A stretch of 52,208 nucleotides of DNA from an uncultured bacterium (GTDB lineage: Bacteria > Actinomycetota > Actinomycetes > Nanopelagicales > Nanopelagicaceae). The position numbers and the translations under genes are program-made. The notes under the pieces are model-generated. The model was given only the letters and a program-made list of their open reading frames with translations, was not told the origin of the DNA and searched no databases. Shown one piece after another: positions 12,036-22,089 of this stretch (positions within the stretch are counted from its first letter, which is position 1; each line of letters starts with the position of its first letter). Location: positions 1 to 52,208 of the forward strand of contig CAXBPX010000001.1 in the NCBI GenBank assembly GCA_963977625.1, read 5' to 3'.

Positions 12036-12755
12036 TTAATTGGCAACTTTCAAAGCAGCTTCTAAAGTGAAAGCTCCGGCATAGAGCGCTTTACCCATAA
12101 TTGCACCTTCTACTCCGAATTCAACTAAATTCTTGAGTGCTTGGATATCAGCAATCGATGAAATTCCACCTGAAGCGACAATTTTGGCTTTAGTTACTTG
12201 GCATACACTTTTTAACAATTCTAAGTTTGGACCTTTTAGCGTGCCATCTTTAGTCACATCAGTGACTACATATCGAATGCATCCATTTTTATCTAATCTT
12301 TCAATGGTTTCATATAAATCGCCGCCTTCTTTAGTCCAACCACGTGCTGCCAAAGTTCTACCCCGAACATCTAGACCAACCGCAATGCGATCACCGTATT
12401 GGGAAATAACTTTGGCGGTCCACTCCGGATTCTCGAGTGCTGCGGTCCCAAGATTTACGCGGCGGCAACCGGTAGCTAGTGCTTTTTTCAAAGAATCATC
12501 ATCGCGGATTCCACCTGAAAGTTCGACGTTAATATCTAGTTGGTGAATTACTTTAGCTAGTAATTCTGAATTGCTTCCGATACCAAATGCAGCATCCAAA
12601 TCCACTAAATGAATCCATTCTGCACCTGCATTTTGAAAATCAAGCGCAGCATCAAGAGGTGATCCATAATTTGATTCGCTGCCAAGTTCTCCCTGAACTA
12701 AGCGAACTGCTTGTCCTGCTTTGACATCTACAGCTGGCAACAACTCTAACTTCAT
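12036..12755 (-). CDS. hisA: ProFAR isomerase, probably the bifunctional HisA/TrpF enzyme PriA
   Basis: [19 protein letters not shown]... with (beta/alpha)8 HisA motifs. The start was set at 12755, which forms an ATGA overlap with the hisH stop. The PriA call is an inference from actinobacterial context and from the lack of trpF in the trp cluster. Confidence 0.88.
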   Translation of the reverse strand: MKLELLPAVDVKAGQAVRLVQGELGSESNYGSPLDAALDFQNAGAEWIHLVDLDAAFGIGSNSELLAKVIHQLDINVELSGGIRDDDSLKKALATGCRRVNLGTAALENPEWTAKVISQYGDRIAVGLDVRGRTLAARGWTKEGGDLYETIERLDKNGCIRYVVTDVTKDGTLKGPNLELLKSVCQVTKAKIVASGGISSIADIQALKNLVEFGVEGAIMGKALYAGAFTLEAALKVAN

Positions 12756-13345
12756 AAACTTTCCACCCAATTTTTAATTAATCGCAAACCTGCTGCGCCG
12801 CTTTTTTCAGGATGAAATTGGGTTGCGCAAATAGTGCCCGCTTCTAGCGCTGCTATAAATTCACCGTGATAATTGGTAGTTGCATAATTATTTCCTTGAT
12901 AATTCATCACGGCGTATGAATGCACAAAGTAAAAGGATTCATTCTCAATGCCTTTAAAGAGCTTAGAAGTTCCAGTAATTTGAACAGTGTTCCAACCCAT
13001 ATGCGGAAGAACTGGCGCAGGTAGTTTTTCTACTTTGCCATTGAGTGCGCCAACTCCTGGAAAATTTCCATGTTCAACACCTTGCTCAAACAAAATTTGC
13101 ATCCCAACACAAATACCTAAAGTTGGTTTACCTGCGGTTACGCGAGATTTAATTATTTGATCTCCACTAACTGCTTTTAATCCGGACATACAAGCACCAA
13201 ATGCACCAACGCCAGGTACTACAAGTGCATCTGCATCAGCAGCAACTTGTGCATCAGAAGTTAATGTGACTTGGCGACCGGTAGTTTCAAATGCGCGAAG
13301 CGCTGATCTTAAATTTCCTGACCCATAGTCAAGAATTGCAATCAA
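12752..13345 (-). CDS. hisH: imidazole glycerol phosphate synthase glutaminase subunit
   Basis: 197 aa with [18 protein letters not shown] (catalytic Cys) and FHPEKS motifs. Confidence 0.95.
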   Translation of the reverse strand: MIAILDYGSGNLRSALRAFETTGRQVTLTSDAQVAADADALVVPGVGAFGACMSGLKAVSGDQIIKSRVTAGKPTLGICVGMQILFEQGVEHGNFPGVGALNGKVEKLPAPVLPHMGWNTVQITGTSKLFKGIENESFYFVHSYAVMNYQGNNYATTNYHGEFIAALEAGTICATQFHPEKSGAAGLRLIKNWVESL

Positions 13346-13923
13346 AGGGTTCCCTTTGTCGAGGGAATTCCGGCTACACCATCTAATTTGATGGCATCTC
13401 GAAGCGCTCTGGCCACCGCTTTAAATTGTGATTCAAAGACGTGATGTGCATTGCGACCTTCAAGTACCCGAATATGAATTGCAATTCGAGCTTCCGCCAC
13501 AATTGATTCCCAAATGTGTTTGCCCAAAGTTGTGTCAAATGTTCCGATAAGTTCGACAATCTCTGGTTGGCGATAAACCAGATAAGGACGTCCAGATAAA
13601 TCGATTGCCACTTGAGTAAGTGATTCATCAATCGGAACCAATGCATCCCCAAAACGTCGGATACCAGATTTATCACCTAAAGCTTCACGAAGCGCTTGGC
13701 CAAAAGCAAGCGAAGTATCTTCGACGGTGTGATGTGAATCGACTTCGACGTCGCCTTTAGTTTTAATATTTAAATCAATTCCGGAGTGCTTACCTAATTG
13801 ACTCATCATGTGATCAAAAAATGGAACCCCGGTTTCGACTGAAACATTACCGGAGCCATCTAAATTAATTTCAACTAATACCGATGACTCTTTAGTTGTA
13901 CGTTCGACACGAGCAGTTCTCAT
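13342..13923 (-). CDS. hisB: imidazoleglycerol-phosphate dehydratase
   Basis: 193 aa with DSHHTVEDT and NAHHxxES motifs. Confidence 0.95.
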   Translation of the reverse strand: MRTARVERTTKESSVLVEINLDGSGNVSVETGVPFFDHMMSQLGKHSGIDLNIKTKGDVEVDSHHTVEDTSLAFGQALREALGDKSGIRRFGDALVPIDESLTQVAIDLSGRPYLVYRQPEIVELIGTFDTTLGKHIWESIVAEARIAIHIRVLEGRNAHHVFESQFKAVARALRDAIKLDGVAGIPSTKGTL

Positions 13924-15008
13924 AACGCGCCTTTCAAAGCCGATAGAAATTGTTGATTCTCGGCATCATTGCCAATCGTTACTCGCAGATAACCCGCTAA
14001 TCCTACATCGCGGATCAGCACGCCCTCGGCTAATAATTTCTCCCAAAGTTCATGTGAACTCTGCTGAAATCCTGTAAAAAGGATGAAGTTAGCCGCAGAT
14101 GGAATTACTTTTAATCCCAATTCTGTAAGCGCTATTGCCATTGCATCTCGGTCCTTGGTCAACTTAGCAACATCAGCTAAAAGTTCATCTTGAAAATCAA
14201 GTGCTACTTCCGCTGCGCTTTGTGTGATTGCAGAGAGATGATACGGAAGGCGAACTAATTGCAGAGCATCAATTACCAACTTGTCGGCCACCAAATAACC
14301 TAATCGCACCCCTGCAAACGCAAAAGCTTTAGACATAGTTCTGCTAACCAAAATATTAGGATATTTTGAGATTAAAGTAATCGCTGAAATTTCATTAGAA
14401 AATTCCGCGTAAGCCTCGTCGATAATTAAAAGCCCATTTACTTGAGATGTAGCTATTGCTAGCTCTTCAATTTCGGAGATAGAAATAGCCGAACCAGTGG
14501 GATTGTTTGGTGTCGTAATGAAAGTCAGCGCCGGATTAATCTCTTTTATTTGTTGGAGAGCCGCTGGTAAATTGAGTGAGAAATCTGGATTACGTTTACC
14601 ATCAATCCAATTAACGTTGGCTACTTTCCCAATTAAAGGATGCATAGAATATGAAGGCACAAATCCAATTGCAGTAGTACGGCCAAATGCTAGAAAGATC
14701 GACTGCAAAATTTCATTACTACCATTTGCCGCCCAGACATTTTCGTAAATTAACTCAACACCACATTGTTTTTTAATGTAATCCGCTAAACCCTTGCGAA
14801 GGGCTACCGCATCTCTATCTGGATATCGATTTAAATTGTGCGCAACTTCGCCAACTCTTTTAGCAATTGCTGCAGCTAAATCTTTACTTGGTCCATATGG
14901 ATTTTCATTCGTGTTCAGTCTGGCACTTGCCGATACTTGTGGAGCACCGTATGGAGTAAGTGGTTTTAACTGATCGCGAAGTGGTAACCAATCGGGCCAT
15001 TTACTCAT
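13920..15008 (-). CDS. hisC: histidinol-phosphate aminotransferase
   Basis: RLNTNENPYGPS and TMSKAFAFAGVRLGY (PLP lysine) motifs. The start was set at MSKWPDW (15008), overlapping the hisD stop by 8 nt; the longer track start at 15059 was rejected. Confidence 0.92.
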   Translation of the reverse strand: MSKWPDWLPLRDQLKPLTPYGAPQVSASARLNTNENPYGPSKDLAAAIAKRVGEVAHNLNRYPDRDAVALRKGLADYIKKQCGVELIYENVWAANGSNEILQSIFLAFGRTTAIGFVPSYSMHPLIGKVANVNWIDGKRNPDFSLNLPAALQQIKEINPALTFITTPNNPTGSAISISEIEELAIATSQVNGLLIIDEAYAEFSNEISAITLISKYPNILVSRTMSKAFAFAGVRLGYLVADKLVIDALQLVRLPYHLSAITQSAAEVALDFQDELLADVAKLTKDRDAMAIALTELGLKVIPSAANFILFTGFQQSSHELWEKLLAEGVLIRDVGLAGYLRVTIGNDAENQQFLSALKGAL

Positions 15009-16308
15009 TTTCAAACCTAACTGAAATAGCTTCTCCGTGGGCTGGCAGATCTTCGGCATTAGCCAAAGTGATTACGGTCTGCGAGATGGCCTCAAATGAT
15101 TTTTTGTCATATTCAATAAAATGGATGCCTCTTAGAAATGTTTGCACCGATAAACCAGAAGAATGGCAAGCGCAGCCACCAGTTGGTAACACATGGTTAG
15201 AGCCTGCTGCGTAATCTCCTAACGAAACTGGCGCGAATCTGCCAATGAAAACCGCGCCCGCATTTCGAATTTGAGCTGCATCTAACTTTGAATTTCTGGT
15301 TTGGATCTCTAAATGTTCTGCTGCATACGCATTTACAACTGCTAAACCTTGTTGAATATCATCAACAATAATTATGGCTGATTGTTGACTAGATAACGCA
15401 GTCGAAATCCGTTCGGAATGTTTGGTTTTGGCTACTCGCAATTTAATTTCAGATGCAACTTCTTCTGCTAATTCTAAAGAATCGGTTACCAGTACTGATG
15501 CAGCAATTACATCATGTTCGGCTTGGCTGATTAAATCAGCAGCCACATCTGATGCCAGCGCACTCTTATCTGCCAATATGGCGATTTCAGTTGGCCCAGC
15601 TTCTGAATCAATTCCAATTAGCCCTCGTAAAGCTCGCTTTGCTGCGGCTACAAAAATATTGCCAGGGCCAGTTACTAAATCAGCTTTTTCACAAACACCA
15701 TTCATTCCGTAAGCAAAGAGCGCAACAGCTTGTGCACCGCCAATTGCATAAACTTCTTCGATTCCTAAAAGTTCGCAGGTAGCCAAGATGGTGGCATTTG
15801 GCCATCCATCATTATCTGCCTGTGGCGGTGAAGCCACTGCAATGGATGGAACTTTTGCAATTTGAGCAGGAATTACATTCATTAAAACACTAGATGGATA
15901 AACCGCACGACCACCTGGGACATAAAGCCCGACTCGATCCACTGGAATCCATTTCTCGGTAACAGTTGCACCAGGTTCGACTTCTGAAATTTTAGATTCT
16001 CTAATTTGATCTTGATGTACTTTGCGGATTCGTTGCGCGGCAATCTGTAATGATTCCAAAACTTTAGGTTCAAGATTCTTGAGGGCTTTGGTTAATTCGG
16101 ATTTTGGAACTCTTACAGATTTTGGAGCTACTCCATCAAATTGTCTGGAAAGTTCTAACAAATCTGATTCATTGCCATTTTGAACTTGTTTCAAAATCGG
16201 TTCGACTACTTTCATGGCAGCTTCAACATCTAATTGGGCGCGCGGGATTACCATATTTATCTCTGATTTCGAGAGTCTTTTTCCTCTTAAATCAATCTGG
16301 CGAATCAC
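15001..16308 (-). CDS. hisD: histidinol dehydrogenase
   Basis: 435 aa with GPGNIFV, SQAEHD and HSSGLSVQTFL motifs. Confidence 0.96.
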   Translation of the reverse strand: MIRQIDLRGKRLSKSEINMVIPRAQLDVEAAMKVVEPILKQVQNGNESDLLELSRQFDGVAPKSVRVPKSELTKALKNLEPKVLESLQIAAQRIRKVHQDQIRESKISEVEPGATVTEKWIPVDRVGLYVPGGRAVYPSSVLMNVIPAQIAKVPSIAVASPPQADNDGWPNATILATCELLGIEEVYAIGGAQAVALFAYGMNGVCEKADLVTGPGNIFVAAAKRALRGLIGIDSEAGPTEIAILADKSALASDVAADLISQAEHDVIAASVLVTDSLELAEEVASEIKLRVAKTKHSERISTALSSQQSAIIIVDDIQQGLAVVNAYAAEHLEIQTRNSKLDAAQIRNAGAVFIGRFAPVSLGDYAAGSNHVLPTGGCACHSSGLSVQTFLRGIHFIEYDKKSFEAISQTVITLANAEDLPAHGEAISVRFENE

Positions 16309-16317
16309 CAGGTAATT

Positions 16318-19300
16318 CTACTTTACGCAGTCAGCTCCGAGGATTGCCTTTAAATCAGCGCTAAGTGATGGAGATGAAGTAACTTGGAAACTCAATTTAT
16401 GTGTAGTGGTTTTACCTTGATCTGTTACCACCAATTGCACCTCTCGCTTACCTGGATGCATACGTAACGTCTCTTTGATTCTTTCGATTACCGGTTGGGT
16501 CAATTGATTTGAATTAGCGCTAACTGTGAAAGGTCCAACTGGTCCAGTCGTTAAATCAATTGCCGTCATTTCCATGGCGGTAAAACGCAATTGTTCGTCG
16601 CGCCAATCAACTCGGCCACGAATCTTTACTACTCGATCTTCTATAAGGCTCATGGCGTATTGATTGTAAGTGTTTGAAAAGAACATCACGTCGATGGAAC
16701 CTTCTAGATCTTCAATGGTAACAATGGCCCACGAAGCACCTTGTCTAGAAACTTTGCGTTGGACACCAGTAATTAACCCTGCAATATTCACCATTCTTTC
16801 GGTGCCGGATTCTTCATCAGCTAATTCTGAAATTGAGATATCGGAATTTGAACGGAGCAATCCTTCGACACCAAGTAATGGATGATCAGAGACATAAAGC
16901 CCAAGCATCTCCCTTTCATAATTAAGTAGCGTGGCTTTATCCCATTCATCATTTGGAATATCTAATTCGACTGTTGCTACTCCCGCATCATTTGCACTTC
17001 CAAATAAATCAAATTGTCCTATGGCTTCGGCACGTTTACTTTCAGAAACTGAATCAATTGCAAGCAAGTGCACTGACATTAAACCTTTGCGAGAGTGATT
17101 TAATGAATCGAAAGCACCACCTTTAATCAATGATTCAATAGTTTTCTTATTGCAGACCGAACCATCTACTTTGGCAAGAAAATCACCAAAAGAGTTGAAA
17201 CGACCCTTTGTCGAACGGGCCTGAATTATCAAATTAACTACACCTTCTCCGACATTACGTATCGCAGCTAAACCAAATCGAATATCTTGGCCACGAGGTG
17301 TGTATTCAACATTTGATTCATTAACATCTGGCGGTAAAACTTTTATGCCCATACGGCGGCATTCAGAAAGATAAAGCGCAGATTTATCTTTATCATCGCG
17401 CACCGAAGTTAGTAGGGCCGCCATATATTCAGTTGGGTAATTAGCTTTTAAATAAGCTGTCCAGTATGAAACCAATCCATATCCAGCCGAATGTGCACGA
17501 TTAAAAGCATAATCTGAGAATGGAATTAGGGTTTCCCAAAGCCGATCAATTGCGGCATCTCTAAATCCATTCTTTTTCATACCTTCTGCGAATGGAACAT
17601 ATTCTTTATCCAGAATTTCTTTATTCTTCTTACCCATTGCTTTACGCAACAAATCTGCGCGACCAAGTGAAAAGCCAGCTACTTTCTGGGCAATCGCCAT
17701 CACCTGTTCTTGATAAACAATAAGACCAAAAGTGTCATCCAAGATTTCCGAAAGTGGTTCGGCTAAATCAGGATGGATTGGTTCGACCGGTTTACGTTTA
17801 TTTTTTCGATCTGCATAGTTGTTATGTGCATTTTCGCCCATTGGACCTGGGCGATACAGCGCAATCACCGCTGAAATATCTCCAAAATGATCCGGAGCCA
17901 AAGATTTAAGAAGTGAACGCATCGGCCCACCGTCTAATTGAAATACCCCTAAAGTTTCGCCTCTAGCTAAAAGTTCGTAAGTTTTTTTATCGTCTAAAGT
18001 TAAATCTTCTAAAGTTACTTCGATGCCTTTATTAGATTTGATATTTGCCAATGCATCATCAAGTACAGATAAATTTCGAAGACCCAAGAAATCCATTTTT
18101 AAAAGACCAGTTGCTTCGCATGCACCCATATCGAATTGCGTAATAATTGCGCCATCATTTTCGCGACGATGGATTGGAATTACATCAAGTAGTGGTTCGC
18201 GAGACAGAATCACACCTGCAGCATGTACTCCCCACTGACGTTTCAATCCCTCTAAACCACGAGCAGTATCTACTACACGTTTTGAATCTGGATCAGATTC
18301 ATACAGAGATCTAAATTCAGAAGCTTCGCCATGGCGCGGATCTTTAGCATCAAAGACACCAGCAAGTGAAATATCTTTTCCCATAATTGCCGGTGGTAAT
18401 GCTTTGGTCAATTTTTCACCAATTGCATACGGATACCCAAGCACTCGAGTGGAGTCTTTAATAGATTGCTTTGATTTAATGGTTCCGTAAGTAATGATTT
18501 GAGCTACGCGGTCTTCGCCATACTTTTCAGTCGCGTATTTGATCATTTCCGCACGTCGGCGCTCATCAAAATCTAGATCAATATCTGGCATCGAAATACG
18601 TTCGGGATTTAAAAAGCGCTCAAAAAGTAAACCATGTTCGATTGGGTCTAAACCAGTAATGCCAAGTGAATAAGCAACTAGCGAACCAGCTGCAGAACCA
18701 CGGCCAGGGCCTACTCGAATTCCGGAGCGTTTTGCATGTCCAACTAAATCTGCCACTACTAAGAAATAACCAGGAAATCCCATCTTCTGCATGACATCTA
18801 ATTCAAAACGTAAGCGCTCTTTATATTCTGCTGGCACTTTGCCATTAAATAATTTGGATAACCCTGCTTCTGATTCTTTAACTAACCAAGAGTCTTCGGT
18901 TTCGCCTGCTGGAACTGGGAATTGTGGCAGTAAATTTTCACCTTCGCGAAGTTTGACGTTAACCCGCTCAGCAATCAGCAGCGTGTTATCGCATGATTCT
19001 GGGTGATCTTTGAATAGTTGGCGCATTTCAGCGGCGCTCTTTAAATAAAATTGATCGCCTTCGAATTTGAATCTCTTGGGATCTGCCAAAGTCGAACCAG
19101 ATTGCACGCAAAGCAAAACTTCATGTGCTTGGGCATCTTCTTTATATGTGTAATGTAAATCGTTGGTTGCAAGCAGTGGAATGTCTAGTTCCTTAGCCAG
19201 TTTTAATAAATCAGCTTTGACTCGGTTCTCTACTTCAATATCGTGATGCATTATTTCTACAAAGAAATTATCTTTCCCAAAAATATCTCGATAATCCGAA

Positions 19301-19869
19301 GCAGCTTTTAGCGCTTCTTTGTAATTTCCAAGTCGTAATCTGGTGGCTACTTCTCCGCCTACACATCCCGTGGTACCAATTAATCCTTTGGCATATTTAC
19401 TTAATAATTCACGATCTATACGTGGTTTGTAATAAAACCCTTCTAGTGAAGATAGCGATGCTAATCTGTACAAATTACCAAGCCCGGCTTGGTTTTCGGC
19501 AAGTAAAGTCATGTGAGTGTAAGCGCCACCACCAGAGACATCGTCTTCGCCACCTTCGGCCCACTGCACTCTGCGCTTATCAAATCTAGTTTCCGGTGCG
19601 ACATATGCTTCTAGGCCAATGATTGGTTTTATGCCAGCTTTGGTAGCTTGTTTATAAAAATCAAAAGCGCCAAACAAATTGCCATGATCTGTCATCGCAA
19701 TGGCGGGCATGCCTTGCGCTGCAACCTCTTTTACTAAATCTGAGACTCGAGCTGCACCATCAAGCATCGAATATTCTGTGTGCACATGTAAATGCACAAA
19801 GCTACGATTGCCAGAAGTTTGGGAATTGCTGCTCACGGGCTGGAGATTAGTCTTATGGCAAGACCGCAT
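16318..19869 (-). CDS. dnaE: replicative DNA polymerase III alpha subunit (DnaE1)
   Basis: 1183 aa with an intact PHP motif FVHLHVHTEYSMLDGA, PDIDLDF catalytic aspartates and a C-terminal OB fold. An alternative GTG start at 19836 would remove the 17-nt overlap with rluD. Confidence 0.95.
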   Translation of the reverse strand: MRSCHKTNLQPVSSNSQTSGNRSFVHLHVHTEYSMLDGAARVSDLVKEVAAQGMPAIAMTDHGNLFGAFDFYKQATKAGIKPIIGLEAYVAPETRFDKRRVQWAEGGEDDVSGGGAYTHMTLLAENQAGLGNLYRLASLSSLEGFYYKPRIDRELLSKYAKGLIGTTGCVGGEVATRLRLGNYKEALKAASDYRDIFGKDNFFVEIMHHDIEVENRVKADLLKLAKELDIPLLATNDLHYTYKEDAQAHEVLLCVQSGSTLADPKRFKFEGDQFYLKSAAEMRQLFKDHPESCDNTLLIAERVNVKLREGENLLPQFPVPAGETEDSWLVKESEAGLSKLFNGKVPAEYKERLRFELDVMQKMGFPGYFLVVADLVGHAKRSGIRVGPGRGSAAGSLVAYSLGITGLDPIEHGLLFERFLNPERISMPDIDLDFDERRRAEMIKYATEKYGEDRVAQIITYGTIKSKQSIKDSTRVLGYPYAIGEKLTKALPPAIMGKDISLAGVFDAKDPRHGEASEFRSLYESDPDSKRVVDTARGLEGLKRQWGVHAAGVILSREPLLDVIPIHRRENDGAIITQFDMGACEATGLLKMDFLGLRNLSVLDDALANIKSNKGIEVTLEDLTLDDKKTYELLARGETLGVFQLDGGPMRSLLKSLAPDHFGDISAVIALYRPGPMGENAHNNYADRKNKRKPVEPIHPDLAEPLSEILDDTFGLIVYQEQVMAIAQKVAGFSLGRADLLRKAMGKKNKEILDKEYVPFAEGMKKNGFRDAAIDRLWETLIPFSDYAFNRAHSAGYGLVSYWTAYLKANYPTEYMAALLTSVRDDKDKSALYLSECRRMGIKVLPPDVNESNVEYTPRGQDIRFGLAAIRNVGEGVVNLIIQARSTKGRFNSFGDFLAKVDGSVCNKKTIESLIKGGAFDSLNHSRKGLMSVHLLAIDSVSESKRAEAIGQFDLFGSANDAGVATVELDIPNDEWDKATLLNYEREMLGLYVSDHPLLGVEGLLRSNSDISISELADEESGTERMVNIAGLITGVQRKVSRQGASWAIVTIEDLEGSIDVMFFSNTYNQYAMSLIEDRVVKIRGRVDWRDEQLRFTAMEMTAIDLTTGPVGPFTVSANSNQLTQPVIERIKETLRMHPGKREVQLVVTDQGKTTTHKLSFQVTSSPSLSADLKAILGADCVK

Positions 19870-20788
19870 CGCTTAGGCGCGATAGCGAGTCAGTTAAATC
19901 ACCAGGGTAATCGGCGCTCACGCTGATAGGTAAACCTGAGACTGGATGGGTAAATTGCAAGGCTTGCGCATGCAACCAAGGGCGGTTCACTCCAATTTCG
20001 GTGGCCAAGTTGGGATCCGCGCCATAAGTTAAGTCTCCAATTAATGGATGACGAATCGCAGACATATGTACGCGAATTTGATGTGTTCGGCCAGTTTCAA
20101 GTTCCACTTTTAATAAAGTTACTGAACGATAATATTCAATAACTTCATAATGAGTAACGCTTGGCTTGCCACTTGAAACTACTGCCATTTTGTAGTCATC
20201 CTTAGGATGGCGATCAATTGGTGCATCAATCGTTCCGATTGCAGGTTCAATGTGTCCTTGTGCTAGCGCATGATAAATCTTTTTTATTTCTCGATTTCGA
20301 AACATATCTTTTAACTTCAAATACGCAATTTCAGATTTGGCCACCATCATTAAGCCGCTTGTTCCTACATCTAATCTTTGAACTATTCCTTGGCGCTCTG
20401 CTGGCCCACTTGAGGTAATCGGAATTCCCGCTGCAATTAGCGCACCAACAACAGTTGGCCCGGTCCATCCTGGACTTGGATGTGCAGCGCAGCCAACCGG
20501 TTTATTTACAATAACTAAATCTGCATCTTGAAATACAATTTTTAATTCCGCAAGTGGTGTAGGTGGTATTGCAATTCCACTCGGTGGTTCGGGTAATAAC
20601 ACTGAAATGATTTGTCCTTTTTGGACTTTATCGGATTTGCCAAGTTTGCGATGTCCTAAACTTACTTCGCCAGAATCTAATAACTTCACAATCACACTTC
20701 TGGAAAATCCCAATAATTTGGCTAAGGCGCTATCAATTCGTTCGCCCTCAATATCTTCTGGAATTTCTAAATTTTTTAACTCACGCAT
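19853..20788 (-). CDS. rluD: RluA-family 23S rRNA pseudouridine synthase with an S4 domain
   Basis: 311 aa with HRLDVGTSGLMMVAK (catalytic Asp) and HQIRVHM motifs. Confidence 0.9.
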   Translation of the reverse strand: MRELKNLEIPEDIEGERIDSALAKLLGFSRSVIVKLLDSGEVSLGHRKLGKSDKVQKGQIISVLLPEPPSGIAIPPTPLAELKIVFQDADLVIVNKPVGCAAHPSPGWTGPTVVGALIAAGIPITSSGPAERQGIVQRLDVGTSGLMMVAKSEIAYLKLKDMFRNREIKKIYHALAQGHIEPAIGTIDAPIDRHPKDDYKMAVVSSGKPSVTHYEVIEYYRSVTLLKVELETGRTHQIRVHMSAIRHPLIGDLTYGADPNLATEIGVNRPWLHAQALQFTHPVSGLPISVSADYPGDLTDSLSRLSDAVLP

Positions 20789-21230
20789 CTTTACGCACCT
20801 GGACTGGTGGGATATTCCTAAGCGTCAGCATAAAAGCAAGGATAGCGGCGCAAACAATTGCCGAATCAGCTAAATTGAAATTAGGCCACTTGGGCAGCAC
20901 GATCCAATCAATGACGCTTCCGCGCAAAAAACCAGGCGAATTGAATGCTCGATCGGTTAGATTTCCTAAGGCGCCACCGATGACCATGGCAATCACAATT
21001 GCCCAATATCTGTTGCTGATCTTAGGTGCGTAATAGAAGGCGGTAGCGCTTACTACTATTGCAAATAAACCTAAGAGCACACCTGCCCCATTGGCTCCCA
21101 AACCAAAAGCTGCCCCAGTATTAAATGAAAGTTCGAATTTTAAGAAAAGGAAAGAATATTCTTTTCCGGCAAGTGCATTTAAAGCCCAACGTTTGGTTAA
21201 AAAATCTATCAACCAAATTAAAGCTGCCAC
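20781..21230 (-). CDS. lspA: lipoprotein signal peptidase II
   Basis: 149 aa with 4 TM helices and NTGAAFG and FNLADSAIV motifs. Confidence 0.9.
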   Translation of the reverse strand: MAALIWLIDFLTKRWALNALAGKEYSFLFLKFELSFNTGAAFGLGANGAGVLLGLFAIVVSATAFYYAPKISNRYWAIVIAMVIGGALGNLTDRAFNSPGFLRGSVIDWIVLPKWPNFNLADSAIVCAAILAFMLTLRNIPPVQVRKDA

Positions 21231-21261
21231 TAGATAGATCAGCTTTAAGTACTTGCTTTGG

Positions 21262-22089
21262 TTAACGACGCTCTTCTTTCTGTTTACAAGCCATACAAAG
21301 CGTTGCGCGAGGGAAAACCTCTAGTCTGGCTTTGCCTATCTGATTGCCACAAACTTCGCAAACTCCGTAACTCTTGTTATCAATTCGATCAATGGCGCGT
21401 TCGGTTTGAATTACCATGTCTCTAGCATTAATTAAAAGTGACATCTCATGTTCGCGTTCGAAAGTTTTGTTACCAGCATCTGCCTGATCATCACCAGCGC
21501 CTTCGCCGCCATCATTTATTAGTGCATCCATTTCGGATTCCACTTTGGCTAGATCCTCGCGAAGTCGTCCTAGTTCTTTCGCTAAATTAGCGCGCATTGA
21601 CTTTAATTCAGTAGCGGTCCAAGTTTCATTATCGCTAACTACTAATGCAGCCGGTGCCGCTTTTAATGGCTTCAAGTGAGTTTGTTTTCCGCTCTTCTTT
21701 GGAGGCGGAGGAGGCGGCATCATCAGTCGCTTCTCTTCAACAATTGCTTCTGCCAATTGAGTAGAAGCCATGGCAACTTGAACCGTGTTGTTTTTGGTAT
21801 CAACTTTAAGAGTGGCCTTTGATCCTGCGATGGCCGAAGTCTTGATGGAATTATCTGGTTTCTTAACTACTTTTGCAGCAGATTTAATTGGCGCTGCTTT
21901 CTTAACAGGTGCTTTTTTCGGGGCAGGTTTGGCAAGTTTCTTTGCCGCAGGTTTAGCCGCTTTCTTAGTTGCGGGCTTTTTGCTGCCAGGTTTATTCGCA
22001 GGTTTATTCGCAGGTTTCTTTGCTGGTTTAGCAGGCTTTTTCTGCGTCGCCTTTTTGACCAATTTTTTCGCTAGTTTTTTTAGTGCCAT
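21262..22089 (-). CDS. bipartite protein with a histone-H1-like Lys/Ala/Pro-rich N-terminus and a DksA/TraR C4 zinc finger, similar to DdbA (SCO2075)
   Basis: 275 aa. The N-terminal 80 aa are AKKPAKPAKKPANKPANKPGSKKPATKK repeats. The C-terminus has a coiled coil plus CEVCGNQIGKARLEVFPRATLCMACK. It occupies the same ileS/lspA-flanked slot as the Streptomyces DksA-like gene. Confidence 0.75.
   Translation of the reverse strand: MALKKLAKKLVKKATQKKPAKPAKKPANKPANKPGSKKPATKKAAKPAAKKLAKPAPKKAPVKKAAPIKSAAKVVKKPDNSIKTSAIAGSKATLKVDTKNNTVQVAMASTQLAEAIVEEKRLMMPPPPPPKKSGKQTHLKPLKAAPAALVVSDNETWTATELKSMRANLAKELGRLREDLAKVESEMDALINDGGEGAGDDQADAGNKTFEREHEMSLLINARDMVIQTERAIDRIDNKSYGVCEVCGNQIGKARLEVFPRATLCMACKQKEERR
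21987..22022. repeat. in-frame 12-nt tandem repeat (CAGGTTTATTCG x2 perfect plus 1 diverged)
   Basis: Read directly from the sequence. It encodes KPAN-KPAN-KPGS in the Lys-rich tail of the DksA-like gene. Confidence 0.8.

Noticed and set aside
12133-12546. Nested or antisense ORFs inside core genes. Examples: 12133-12546, 13383-13676, 15422-15712, 31160-31375, 34277-34567, 41903-42313, 47650-48054, 51424-51732.
   Set aside because: Each is fully contained in a strongly supported conserved gene, has no independent motif support, and has the size expected by chance in long open regions.
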